Source: Octopus sinensis (Eukaryota). From it: 64,000 bases of DNA. Below are positions 49,869-62,084 of the stretch, in pieces; position 1 is the stretch's first letter, and each line of letters opens with the position of its first letter. The translations under genes were made by a program, and so were the position numbers. The notes beneath the pieces were generated by a model, which did no database searches, was not told where the DNA came from, and was given only the letters and a program-made list of their open reading frames with translations. The stretch lies in NCBI RefSeq assembly GCF_006345805.1, contig NC_043012.1, positions 34,968,001 to 35,032,000 of the forward strand, read 5' to 3'.

Positions 49869-51668
49869 TTCGTTTTCTACACATTTTTTTTACCACTAAT
49901 AAACAGTTTGTTTTTTTTTGATAACCAGGTGTTTTAAACTGTATAATAACCGAAAGAAGCAAGTCGTATGTCTGTCTGTATGTAAAGTGTGTCTGCGGGT
50001 GTGAGTCGGTATTTTCCTTGTCTTCACCTGCGGTCCATTACGGTGTCGTTTGCTTGCAGTCCACCATGAAAACATGACCAGGCTTCTTGACATGTGCGAT
50101 CTTTGTAAACAAAAGGCTCATTCATCCCATCCGTCATTTGTTTCCAGTTCTCCGCTTGACCATGTCCAGGTTGTTTGAGGTTCAGTAGACTGGAGAATTA
50201 TAATCTTGCTTGGAAGCAGCCGAGGGTTGATGCCAGGAAGGAAATTCGGCTTAGAAAGCTATGCCTCAATGAACACTCTCCTTATCTATGATGATGATGA
50301 TGATGTATACGTTAGACACCCTCAGAGCAGGATTATCAAATAAATTAAAATTCTGACGACGCTGATGTAGAACTACATTGTGTCCTTTTTTAAGAGCAGG
50401 GTGTAGTTTTGAAGGGGTGTCGGCTGCTATTTCTAGCAGATCGAGCAACTACGCAGCGGTTCCTTCGTTATAGTAAGATAGTTCCGCTTACGTGTGGCTA
50501 ATCAAATGCTTAGGTGTCTTCACATTCTGCACTGCCGGGTTAGACCTGTGGTGTGCAATGGGGCAGACGATGTTGCATCGACTGAAGGTCCCTAGTTCCT
50601 AACATGCTTCCTTGGAAACATGCATGTTTGGGTTTGGTTGGTTCGTTGCAGTCTTGTGTTCTTAAAGATAAAAAACTGAGTTACCCGTGGCTAGCAATAC
50701 TGAAATTGTTTAGATGTGTTTTGCGACATATTCAAACCCAATGAATTCTCTCTAATTAGAGGAAGGAACTACGCAACTTAATATTACCTATTTACACCTA
50801 CATAATGGGGACTTAATAAACTTGACAATAAAACTGCTGTATTGTTAACAAGGACAACCTTTTAGCTAGTGTCTTGTATTCCCGTATTTCAAAGACAATT
50901 AGGGAACACCTGAATTAAAATTAAATATAAACAGGTAACCATTTATTAAAACGCACATCACCTTTAATTAAAAAATCTATGATATTTACACAGTCAACGA
51001 AGATTTACATTCATCAAACACGGTATATATATATGAGAAGAATGTAATTTGTCAAACACCATTCAAAGCAATTAAATGGAATTTGACAAGACAAAAATAC
51101 CTTGCGGTATTTAGTTCCATATCTTTACGTTCTGAGGTCAAATCTCGCCATGGGCAACTTTGCTTTACATCAATTTTGGGGTCGACAAGGTACCAGTCAA
51201 GCACTGGTGTTGTTGGTGTTGGGGGTGATATGATCAACTAAGTGCTATCCAAAAATTTGCTTCTCGTCTTTATATTTGAAATCAATATTTTCTTGGACAG
51301 GCAGAGTCGTTAGAACAGAAAATAAGGCGCCTTCAGGCGTTTTTAACTCCAGTCCTTTAAGTTCCGAGTTCAAATCTCGCTGGCGTCGGCTTTCGGCATC
51401 CGGAGTCGATAAAATAAGTAACTGTCAAGCACTGACGTCGATATTATCGACCATACTTTGACTAAAAATTCAGGACCTTGTCCCCAAGTTCGAAATAAAG
51501 ATATGTTCCCATCCTGGAAGGTGTCAAGGTGTGTTGTAGGCTGTTAAAAGCAGACGATGAATGACAAAACAGGACATGGTGTTGGCTTCGTATCAAACAA
51601 AACCAATAAAAATGCCTTCAAATTAACAAAAATCATTCAATTATTTTTTTATTTTCGGTTACACTTAC

Positions 51669-51773
51669 CTTTCTACATGATTTATAAACAGTTGCATAAC
51701 TCCCACTGCCAAGTTTCTCGGCAAATATATAATCCTTTAGTTTCGGTGTCGAATTTAGCATCGGTTTAGCCAT
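51669..51773 (-). CDS. ULK3: ULK3 coding exon 1 (MAKPMLNSTPKLKDYIFAEKLGSGSYATVYKSCRK), kinase Gly-rich loop
   Basis: Hand translation; ATG at 51773-51771, GSGSYATVYK motif, donor AAG|gtaagt, 105 nt, phase 0. Confidence 0.93.
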
Positions 51774-52000
51774 TTGACGACCGTCCTTAGTAGTTCTGCA
51801 GTCTGCAGACAACTACCACGAAGAAAATAGGAAGGCAGCGGAGGGAAAAAAAAATGTTATATCAACAATTGAAAAGTTAAGTTATAATTTTTTTTTGGTA
51901 CAGGTAAGAGACGTGAACATCATCTATTTTTGGAATTAGAAAATTATAAAAAAATTTTTCGGCTTTGTGCCAAATTAGTTTATCTTCCTGATTGCCTCTA
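51774..52000 (-). promoter_or_regulatory. Probable ULK3 5'UTR and core promoter
   Basis: Position directly 5' of the ATG and locally non-repetitive; TSS cannot be determined from sequence. Confidence 0.4.
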
Positions 52001-52842
52001 CATCCGTTCAACTTGGTCCCTCTTCTAATTCTTCACCTTGCGGAATCAATCCCCTGTGAAGGGATCGGCGTCTAAGTTCGAATCTTTTGAGCACTACTAA
52101 ATATCTTCTATGCTGAGAATCTCTGGACCTCATCTGTGGCCTGTGTGTGTGCTGTATGTCTTCTTTAAAAAATGGATTTATTCATTCGAGGCAGAGAATT
52201 AGTGGACGAGCGTATTAAGCAAACAAGTTTTCTAGGTCAACATAAACATCCTCACCTGTTAATTAACGAAAAAGAAAAAAGAAAAAATCCAACCTGCTGG
52301 GTGTTGACAACTGTGTGGAAAACGAATATGGGAAAATAAATTGCGCAAACGATCCTGAGGATGGAGAGGACTTTCGGAAAATTCACAAGATCCGATTTTT
52401 CCCTTGTAACTTTCAGAAAAATAGATATATAATTGATATTTTTTTTTACGGAATCACACGTTTTCGACCATGGAGAATCCGATTCCGAAAAGAAATTGTT
52501 TGTATAATTTCAATTTAATATATATATATATATATTTATTTATTTACTTGGAAGTGGATGCGTGTCGTTCGATCATATAATAACAAAATAATAAATAAAA
52601 CATGCATATATACATACATATATGTACATACCTACATCTATATGTATATATACATGCATATATGGGTACAGGACACAAAAAAAAAAAGGAAGAACACAAT
52701 GAGAAACGAAAACATAAACACAAAACCATGATACATATAGATGTAGGCATGTACATATATATATGTATATATGCATGTTTTATTTATTATTTTGTTATTA
52801 TATACATACATATATATGTAGTGCACCTGAGCACTGTACACA

Positions 52843-52878
<36 letters not shown>

Positions 52879-52911
52879 TATATTATATTAAATTAGAGAC
52901 AAAATATATAC

Positions 52912-52974
<63 letters not shown>

Positions 52975-53640
52975 CATCCAACCCGCTCTTAATTCTACGG
53001 CCTTGGCCTTCAAGCGGACTATCCACATGCTAGAAATAGCAGCCAAATCTCAGAAAATCGGATCTTGTGAATTTTCCGAAACTCCTTCCACCACAGCCAG
53101 GTTCGTTTGCGCAATTTTCTTTTCATATTCGTTTTCTACACAGTTGTTAACACCCAAAAGACTGTTTTTTTCCTTTTTTCGTTAACGGGTGAGGATCTTT
53201 ATATTGACCATTACGATATTTCCGGTATTTCAAGCGAATCTTATGTTATTACCCTTTCACTACTCGGTAATATTTGGCTTTTTCTAAGAATTCCCTTAAG
53301 TGTTTGTTTATGTTAACTACATTTTTTTTTCTCCAAATATAGAGAAACTAATTTGGATTTTAGTTACAACGATGTTTTGTTTGTAATTTAGGTAAGTTTT
53401 GTTTTTAGAAGAAATTTCAAAATTATCCAATATCTGCTTAATTCATTACGTAAAGCAATTTTCATGCGTAAAGTTTATATTAGATCGCGGCGTACGTAAA
53501 ATACGTGCACCCCTTCTAGTTTTTTTTCCCTAGAATTTTGGGACTACTTACATGCAGAGGTCCCTAAAAACTAACCCTAACCAAGCCTAAAACTAACCTC
53601 CAAAAAATCCTAACCCTAACCTCTATTTAAGTAGGGTCAA

Positions 53641-55421
53641 AATTTCTTCGGGTTCGGATGTTTTAGATGTAGGAGAATATGGTTTTGCCTAAAAATCACG
53701 TTTTCAAAATTTTAATTTTCCCTTTCCTATCCCAATTTCTTAATTTTAAACTTTTTTGGAATTTTTTTATAAATCCACGTAGAAAAATACAGAGATTACG
53801 AATCTGGGAAACTTTTTTTTAAATTTCAATTTTTCTTTAAGAACCACTCACTGCCCCTTCCCCCACCTCGTCCACCCATCACCTCCCCGTATTCAAAAAG
53901 CTAAAAAGCTCAATGTTTCACTTTCATTTTTATGTTTCACGCATGCGTAGAATTCTGTTGAACTAGCAGACGTCAAAAATATCAGATCCCCACCAGAAAT
54001 GCTAAAAATGACAGCTAAATGACAAGATTTCTGAAAAAAACTCCCCCGCTTTCAAAAACGCTAAAAGTGAAACATTCAGAGTTTTTTGCTTTTTGAAAGT
54101 GGGGAGGTGATGGGTGGAAGTTGGGGAAGAGGGTTTGAGTGTTTCCTGAAGAGCATGGTAATAGGGCCGCCGGAAGAAAATTTGATGTTGACGAAAGCAA
54201 TGTCAGGTTATGGAGAAGATATAAAGATGAAATTAAACAGACGCCAAAGATAAAGAAGGCAAGAAGGCAATAATAAAGGACGTTACTGTAAACATTTTTA
54301 CAGACCTCCTTGACTCAAGTTAGAGAAGGGGTGTGTATTATACACAAGGTTTAGGTTTTTCAGAGGTACAGCCCCCTAAAAATCCCCTGCGTATTATACT
54401 CAAGGGTGAACTATACTCAAGGATTTACAGTAATCCACATAGAAATATACAAATAGAGATATTACATCATCATCATCATCATTTAATATCCGTTTCCCGT
54501 GCTAGCACGGGTTGGACAGTTCGACCAGGGTCTGGGAAGCCAGGAGGCTGCACCAGGCTCCAGTCTGATCTGGCAGTGTTTCTACAGCTGGATGCCCTTC
54601 CTAATGCCAACCACTCCGTGAGTGTAGTTGGTGCTTTTTACGTGCCACCAGCACAGGTGCCAGGGGAGGCTGGCAGCGGCCATGATTGGTTGGTGCTTTT
54701 TACGTGCTACCGGCACAGAAGCCAGTCAAGGTGGTGCTGGCATTGGCCACGTTCGGATGATGCTTTTTATGTGCCACCGGCACAGGTATCACAACTACTA
54801 TTTCCATTTGATATTTATTTTGATGTTGATGTACTTGACTCAATAGGTCTCCTCAAGCACAGCAGGTCACGTGCCACCAGCACAGAAATTTTAAAAATAG
54901 TTTTTCTTAAAGAAACACTCAAATCCTCATCTCCAACCTCCACCCATCACCTCCCCACTTTCAAAAAGTTAAAAACTCTGAATGTTTCACTTTTAGCTTT
55001 TTTGAAAGCGGGGAAGTTTTTCCAGAAATCTTGTCATTTAGCTATTATTTCTAGCATGTCGGGTTTTCTGGTGGTGGTCTGATATTATTGACGGTTGTTA
55101 TTTCAGTAGAATTCTACGCATGCATGAAAGTGAAACAGTCGGAGTTTTTAGGTTTTTGAAAGCGGGGAGGTGATGGGTTGGCGAGGTGGGGGAAGGGGCA
55201 TTGTATGTTTATTTAAGGAAAATTAAATTTAGAAAAAAAGAAAAATTTCCCAGATTCATAATCTTTGTATTTTTCTATGTGGATTAAAAAGAAATTCTAA
55301 AAAAAGTTTAAAATTAAGAAATTAGGGTGTGGTGGTGAGAAATTAAAATTTTGAAAACATGATTTTTGGGCAAAATCATATTCTCATATATTGAAAACAT
55401 CAGGATCTGAAGAAATTTTGG
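53641..55421. repeat. Long inverted repeat, ~510-bp arms (53641-54152 / 54903-55421)
   Basis: gtagaattctacgcatgc, cccatcacctcccc and aaatcctgtgtagaaaaatac-type blocks occur mirrored; roughly 80% identity by eye. Confidence 0.8.
54466..54886 (-). mobile_element. Family A (same subtype as 35316) lying between two long inverted arms
   Basis: Homology. Confidence 0.82.
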
Positions 55422-55565
55422 GTAAAAAAAACTGGAAGTGGGTGGGGTGCACATGATTGAGTGGAGTTCAGATCGAAGCACTTGCTAAAACCATTCATAA
55501 CTTTTTTATTTTTGAAAATTTTCACAAAATTTTTTCATTTCTGTCTTCTGCACAATGGAATTAAT

Positions 55566-55962
55566 ACATCATCATCGTTTAACGTCCATTTTCCATGCTA
55601 GCATGGGTTGGGCGATTTTGACTGAGGGCTGGCGAACCAAATAGCTGCACCAGGCTCCAATCTTGATTTGGCAGTGTTTCTACAGCTGGATGCCCTTCCT
55701 AACGCCAACCACTCCGAGAGTGTAGTAGGTGCTTTTTATGTGCCACCAGCATGGGGCCAGTAGGGCGGTACTGGCAACGACCTCGCTCGAATCTTTTTAC
55801 ACATGCCACCAGCACAGGTGCCAGTAAGGCGATGTTGGTAACAATCACGCTCAAATGGTACCCTTTTACGTGCCACGGGTATGGAAGCCAGTTGGCTGCT
55901 CTGGCAACAATCACGCTCAGATGGTGCTCTTGGCATTCTACTAGCACGGGCACAAGTGCCAG
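55566..55962 (-). mobile_element. Family A
   Basis: Homology. Confidence 0.82.
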
Positions 55963-56454
55963 TTATGCTATATTTTTTTTTCTTTAATATCTTAAGCCTT
56001 ACTTAATTCTAAACGTTTCCACTGTTTAATGACGTTTGTAATTGTATTGTCATTTTAGTTTCTGCTTGTATTTTATGCCCATAATATGCAGGGTTTGCTG
56101 GGGATATAATGTCAAACATGAACTTGGATAAGCAAAGCAAGAGAAAGAGATGGAATGGTCATGGCCAGAACGGTTTTGATCAGAGGCTTTTTCAGTCAGG
56201 GCTAAACTATGAGTAAGCAGTCATAACTAGTGTCATCAAGAAGCTACTTCTTGTCTCTACTCAATAACCACCAAAATGGTTCTCCAACATTCAGAACCAC
56301 TGGATAACTAATTTCCTGCTCTGCAGTTATTTCCTTCATGATGAGACTATGAAAGCATCTTTCAATGGCAATATGACAATAGTTTAATTTAATAGTGTGT
56401 GTGTGTGTGTGAAGAGATAAAATTGGTAACTGGGGCAAAATGAGCTTTTCATTA

Positions 56455-57974
56455 GGTGAGTATTTGTTGGGAACTAAAATACTTTATAACTCGGATGAGG
56501 AAGGTCAGTCTTTAAGAAGCGAGGTGAAAGTGCATCAGCTGATGAACCTGCAGCAGCAGAATTTCCTGCGACATTGAAGATCATCAAAGAAAATGGGTTT
56601 TTTCCCACACAAATATTCAACATAGTTAAGACTGAATTGTATTGAAAGAAACTGCAGGTTCATTCATTCATTTCCAAGGAAGAGAAAATAATTCCCGGCT
56701 ACAAGGTCTCAAAAGAATGTGTGACCATAATGTTGGGTGGTAATTGTGTAGGAGATTTTAAACTAAAGTCACTGCTTGTGTATCATGCACACAACCCCTG
56801 AGCCTGAAGAACATACCCAAGGCATCTTGTTATATGGACGGCTGATTCAAAAGTGTGAGTTACTGTTGTTATTTTTGAAGAATTTATCCCAGCAGCAGAG
56901 AAGTATTGTAAGAATGGGATTCCTTTCAAGGTTTTACTTGTCTTGGATAATGCTCCTGGTCACCTGCAAAGTATTGTAGATTTTCACCCCAACGTTACCA
57001 TTCTATACCTCCCTCTGAACACCACGTCTCTTCTGCAACCAATGGATCGAGGAATAATTGCTATCTTCAAGCATTACTGTGTACACTGTGGCAAGAAATA
57101 GCTGCAACTGATCTTGATGAGTCCATCACACTTTGTGGCTTTTGGAAGGGATACAACATCTACAAAGCGGTACAGAACATAGCAGCAGCATGGAATGATG
57201 TTCAGAGCATGGCTATGAATGGTGTGGGGAAGAAGTTATGCCTACATTTTGTGAATGATTTTAAGGGCTTTGGATAGTGTTGTTATCAACAAAACTTTGG
57301 TGACTACGAGCAAAGAACTGGAAATGGATTTGGAGGAAGAGGATTTCACAGATTTATTTGAAAAAGACAAGCAGCCCCTGACGAGTGAGGATTTGATGGA
57401 GCTTCACAAGCAACAAAATACAGAAGAAGAGCAAGTTGAACCTGAGCCATGCCACATTACCATTAAGAAAATGCAGAGAGCATTTGCATGCATCAAAAAA
57501 GGTGTTGCTATATTCAAAACTTTGGATCCAAATGTTCAGTGCTTTTCCAAGATTATGGGAGCTTGTCATGAAGCTTTTGCTCCTTATAATGAAGCCCTTG
57601 ACAAAAAGAAGACAGTTCAAGGCACTTTTGAGCAGTTCTTTAATAACAATGGGAATTACCAGAATCAACTGATGATGATGATCCTCAGCCATCTACATCT
57701 ACAATGTAAACACCACCAAATTTTACATATTGGTAAATTAAAAATTCCTTTTTTTTTTTTTATACTTTATTACAAAATAATAATTATTTGTTTGTAAGCT
57801 TAAAATAGGTTTTCATTAACTGTATCTTATCGAAAATACATTCATAAATAAAGTATAACACCAGGGAATGGCTATTAGCAGTTTAAGCTAAGCTAGGCCT
57901 AGCCTAGCTTATAAGTAAGTAATTCAACTTAAGTCTCCTGGAACCAGTTAACAACTTAGGGTGAGGTATACCTG
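56455..57974 (+). mobile_element. pogo/Tigger-like DDE_1 transposon, decayed, left end not identified
   Basis: GESASADE..MLGGNCVGDFKLK..KVLLVLDNAPGH..NTTSLLQPMDRGII; right TIR gtgaggtatacctg|TA at 57961-57974. Confidence 0.87.
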
Positions 57975-57976
57975 TA

Positions 57977-59476
57977 TAATCATCATAAAGTACCCTACTG
58001 ATGTAGTGGAGATTATCATTAATTTGTTGCTAAAATCAAAATGTATTTTAAGAAAATTTGAATCTTGCAATATCTCACCTTATTTTGTATTTCATCATCA
58101 TCATCATCATTTAATGTCCACTTTTCATGCTGGCATGGGTTGGACGATTTTGACTGAGGGCTGGTGAACCAGATGGCTGCACCAGACTTCAATCTTGATC
58201 TGGTAGAGTTTCTACAGCTGGATGCCCTTCCTAACGCCAACCACTCCAAGAGTGTAGTGGGTGCTTTTACAAGCCACCGGCACAGGGGCCAGTCAGGTGG
58301 TACTGGCAATGACTTTGCTCGAATCTTTTTACACTTGCCACTGGCACAGGTGCCAGTGAAGTGACATCGGTAACAATCATGCTCGAATGGTGCCCTTTTA
58401 CATGCCACAGGTATGGAAGCCAGTTGGCTGCTCTGGCAACGATCACGCTCGGATGGTGCTCTTGGCACCTATGAAACTGATAATCAAAAATTAGATACTT
58501 GCCTCTCTAGAGCCCATAAATGCATACATACATCCCAGTCTCTGGCACGAGGAGGATCTGGAAATGTGACACCAGCTCTGACTTCACAAACATTTCTCAA
58601 TGTTATAAAAGATCTTGGCATTCCTTGTGTTGCATGAGATTTTGAAGCAGACAGTCAAATCATACTTTTGGCTAACCAATGGAATTGTCCAGTGCTTAGC
58701 AATGATAGTGATTTTTACATTTATGATGTAACTGGAGGATTTATAATGTCGGACAGTGTGGATTACAACCCCAAATCATTCAATGAAGAAAGTTCTGGCA
58801 AAATGTACAAGTTTTTGGAATGTCGAATTTATGTCAGCAAAAATTTCATTGATTTGTTTCCCTGGATTGAATAAAAGTTTACTGCCACTTTTTAGTACAC
58901 TTTGTAGGAATGACTGTATTAGTTCCAAAGGAATATTTGATAAATCTTTTTTTTGCAATATAAAGAAAGCCCAAAATAATTTTGGCCCCCAAATTATTGA
59001 TCGGAAGAAAAATACTAAGTTCCTGTCACTTTTATATTGGCTTCATAATCAAAGTTCCTTTGAAAAAGCTATTACAAATATTTTGAATTTTCTCAAAATT
59101 GCAGAGAGGAAAAAATTGCCAAAATTAATAAGTAAATCAGTTCCTAGTTATATTGGTGTAGAATTTTATTTTGATTTGAAAGAATATTTTGAAACGGACA
59201 ATTTAGTTTTTAAATCACCAGGTCCCAGGAAGTGTTGTCACAACTGTATTCTACCAGAACGGTTCATTCACAGATTAAAAAGATATCAACTGTCTGTATC
59301 ATTTCTTAGTTCAGTATGCTGATGGCGAATCATTCTAATGAATCAGATTGAACTTACGAGTTATCCATCTGTCTTCTCTGGTTCCACTTGCGTCAGACAA
59401 GTTATTTATGGTATTCTTAATAATGTTGAAAAAGGGTCAATTAATGCATTATTCATTGAGGAATATGACAGAGTTG
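57977..59476 (+). pseudogene. ASTE1: Asteroid homolog 1 (ASTE1)-like XPG/PIN-family nuclease pseudogene
   Basis: Translated pieces SGDY..CNISPYFVF, YETDNQKLDTCLSRA..GGSGNVTP, DFEADSQIILLANQWNCPVLSNDSDFYIYD, FPGLNKSLLPLFSTLCRND and VRQVIYGIL..IEEYDR resemble ASTE1; in-frame stops, a frameshift near 58858 and a SINE at 58094-58468. Confidence 0.8.
58094..58468 (-). mobile_element. Family A inserted into the ASTE1-like pseudogene
   Basis: Separates ..NISPYFVF from ..YETDNQK. Confidence 0.82.
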
Positions 59477-59860
59477 GCTGTATCTATGAAAAGTCCGTTT
59501 GACTAAAATCCTTCAAGGCTGTGCTCCAGCAAGACAAATGAAACAAGTAAAGGATATTGTTATACGTGGGGACGGTCATATTTTGCCAATTCAACACACG
59601 CCCTCCTATCTATTTAGTCTTCACTTCAGGTTTATTATTATTATTATCTTTATAGTTTCTTTGTGTCAAATCTCTTTCGTCACGTATTCCGTGACCTCTT
59701 CATCGACTCTTTATCCCACGTGTTTTTTCTTGTTCTGCTTATTCCATTTGGAAGAGTTTTGACAAAAAAACTAAAGTTGCAAAAATAAAGCTGAAGTGAA
59801 GATAAACAGGGCGTATGTTTAATTGGCAAAAGATGACCATCACCAATACAACAGTATGTG

Positions 59861-60101
59861 GGTACTATTTAAGAAAAGTGGTCCCAGTGCGCGTAGTCAC
59901 GCATCCGCACTAGCTAGTCGTGACTAGTCGATCCTACAACGACTACCTAGCAAAGTAAATAAAACGCAAAATAAATATTTTTTTTTACACAAAGTAAATA
60001 ATTTTTGTTAAACAAAACACAAAGTAAGGATCGACTAGTCACAACTAGCTAACGCGGATACGCGAGTGCGCGCACCGGGACCACTCTTCTTAAATAGTAC
60101 C
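59861..60101. mobile_element. 241-bp internally deleted member of the same MITE family
   Basis: cagtatgtg|ggtact...agtacc|caatatgtg (9-bp TSD, one mismatch). Confidence 0.88.
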
Positions 60102-60822
60102 CAATATGTGTTCCAACACACGATTTCACTTGAAGAATCTTGCAAAACAAATACATACAAACACGTGCTTTTTTATTTCTTCAAAACTCATGCCGATTAA
60201 AATTTCAGAGGTATTTTAGTGATAGTTGTAGGACTAAGTTAGCTCCCTTTATATACAAAAGAGTTATCTCCCTGTTGCTGGATTTTTCTGCCTCCAGTAT
60301 TTGTTGAATGTTTTACAACAAATACTAGAAGCAGAAAAGTCAAACATCAAGAAATTTTATTTGTCGTTAAATCCAGATGTATTATTCGAGTGAAAGATTC
60401 ACATTATTATTGATGAATGCCACTTCTATAAAAAGAAGACAAGGCATAAAATAAGTTCCAGAGGCCCTTGTTTTCCCCTAGCACCAGATATATATGATTA
60501 AAAGCTTTCCAAATGTGACCACCCTTTTTTTTAGGACTCCATTATCCAGCGTGTTTTATTTTGTCGAATTTCTAGGGCAGTGGTTCTGAATTTTTCTAAC
60601 TTCGTGGTATTTTGGAGATCAAATAAAAACATTACTGGTTCATTGTGTGTTAAAGCAAACAACAAAAGACACTGAATGAATTTAAATACGAGACGACCTT
60701 GGCCATGAGAGTAAACTGTGGAACTATATAATTAATAGTTAGTTCACTACTTCTGATTCTCGCTGTGTTGTGCATGAAATAATAAAAAAAATAAAAACAC
60801 ACAGAAAATTATAACATACCTT

Positions 60823-61233
60823 GGATCTTTTCGGTTTGACCGGCAGTTTTTTAAAATAATTTCCACGTAACTAAACACTTTTAAACTTCGTATACTGGTA
60901 GAATGTGTTTATAAAACATCTTTTTCTTTTGGCTTTATTGAGAAAATTCTATAGTTTGTAAGATATTTATTGCTTTTTTTCTTCAATTTCTGTAATTTCA
61001 ACCAATCAATGACGTCTATTGAGGTGAAAATATTCTGTGCCGTATGAATATGTCCCTCGTTTAAGAACCAGATTGGGTTTATTTACATTTCTGAAGAAAA
61101 GAAAGATACCCTCCCCCCACCCCTAACCCTAAAACAGATTGAAATGCAATAGATCGATACTAGGGTCATAATTATGGGTGACAATTTCATATAACACTGC
61201 TAGAAAAAACTGCCGGTCAAACCGAAAAGATCC
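60823..61233. mobile_element. 411-bp MITE, 30-bp TIR starting GG, 8-bp TSD
   Basis: catacctt|ggatcttttcggtttgaccggcagtttttt...aaaaaactgccggtcaaaccgaaaagatcc|catacctt. Confidence 0.9.
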
Positions 61234-61344
61234 CATACCTTGCTTTATTATTCTTAATTGTATGTGGCGAAATTATGAATTACACCCTTTTCAAGATACT
61301 CCATTCATACAAAATTTCTAAAACTATAAACTATATTTAAACCA

Positions 61345-62050
61345 ACAAGGAAGAATTTTGCCCAGACCTTAGTATAATTCGTCCTTCCGGCAGCAATCGG
61401 TCTTCTCCGTTACATCTCATATTTAAATGATCTGGAGACTGGTGCCTGTGCAGTGATTACAGACGTTTCAATGCCATTACAGTGCCAGACCATTATCCGG
61501 TCCCCAACGGGTACTATTTTCCTGCCTCTTCGCACAGTTGCACGATTTTCTCAAAAATCGATTTGGGATATGCCTATAAACAAATTCTTATCAACCTCAT
61601 GGGCATTCCTAAAACTGTTACCACCACTCCTTTTGGGTTATTTGAATGTTTTGGGGATTACATAACGCCGTTAGCACCTTTCAACGATTTATGGATGAAG
61701 TCGCTTGTGGTTTGAATTTCGTTTTTACCTATACTGATAAAATATTGATAGCGAGTTCTACAAAAGAATCCTTGGAACATCTGCTACAACTTTCTACATG
61801 CCTGTTGCAATACAAGGTTGCAATTCAATCTCAGTAAATGCCTTTTTGGTGTTTCTTCTCTTACTTTTCTCGGACATACTATTGATAAAGATGCTATACG
61901 TCTTTTGCCATCTAAAGTGGAAGCTATTCGCAATTTCCCTATTCCTCATTCCTTATGAAAACTACGAGAATTTCTTGGACTGATTAATTTTTACAGTAGA
62001 TTCATTCCTCATTGTACAGAGACTGTCTGTCCTCTGACCGAACTTTTATA
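61345..62050 (+). mobile_element. Ty3/Gypsy reverse transcriptase fragment, decayed
   Basis: SSPLHL..DYRRFNAITVPDHYPVP..FSKIDL..KTVTTTPFGLFE..TFQRFMDEV..FLGH..FLGLINFYSRFIP; stops and frameshifts. Confidence 0.9.
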
Positions 62051-62084
62051 AAACCGCAGCTTCAAGATGTGAGAAGAAGCAAAG

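Noticed and set aside
53570-53625. Degenerate (CCCTAA)n telomere-like motifs (also about 49676 and 61122)
   Set aside because: Only 2-3 imperfect units inside dispersed repeats; not an interstitial telomere array
54333-55082. Longest ORF in the track (249 aa) and the many similar ORFs containing LQLDALPNANH or HHHHH
   Set aside because: They are read-throughs of family A SINE copies and their (CAT)n tails, not genes
56455-57974. Intact or domesticated transposase (also the mariner at 38698 and Gypsy at 61345)
   Set aside because: All carry multiple stops and frameshifts
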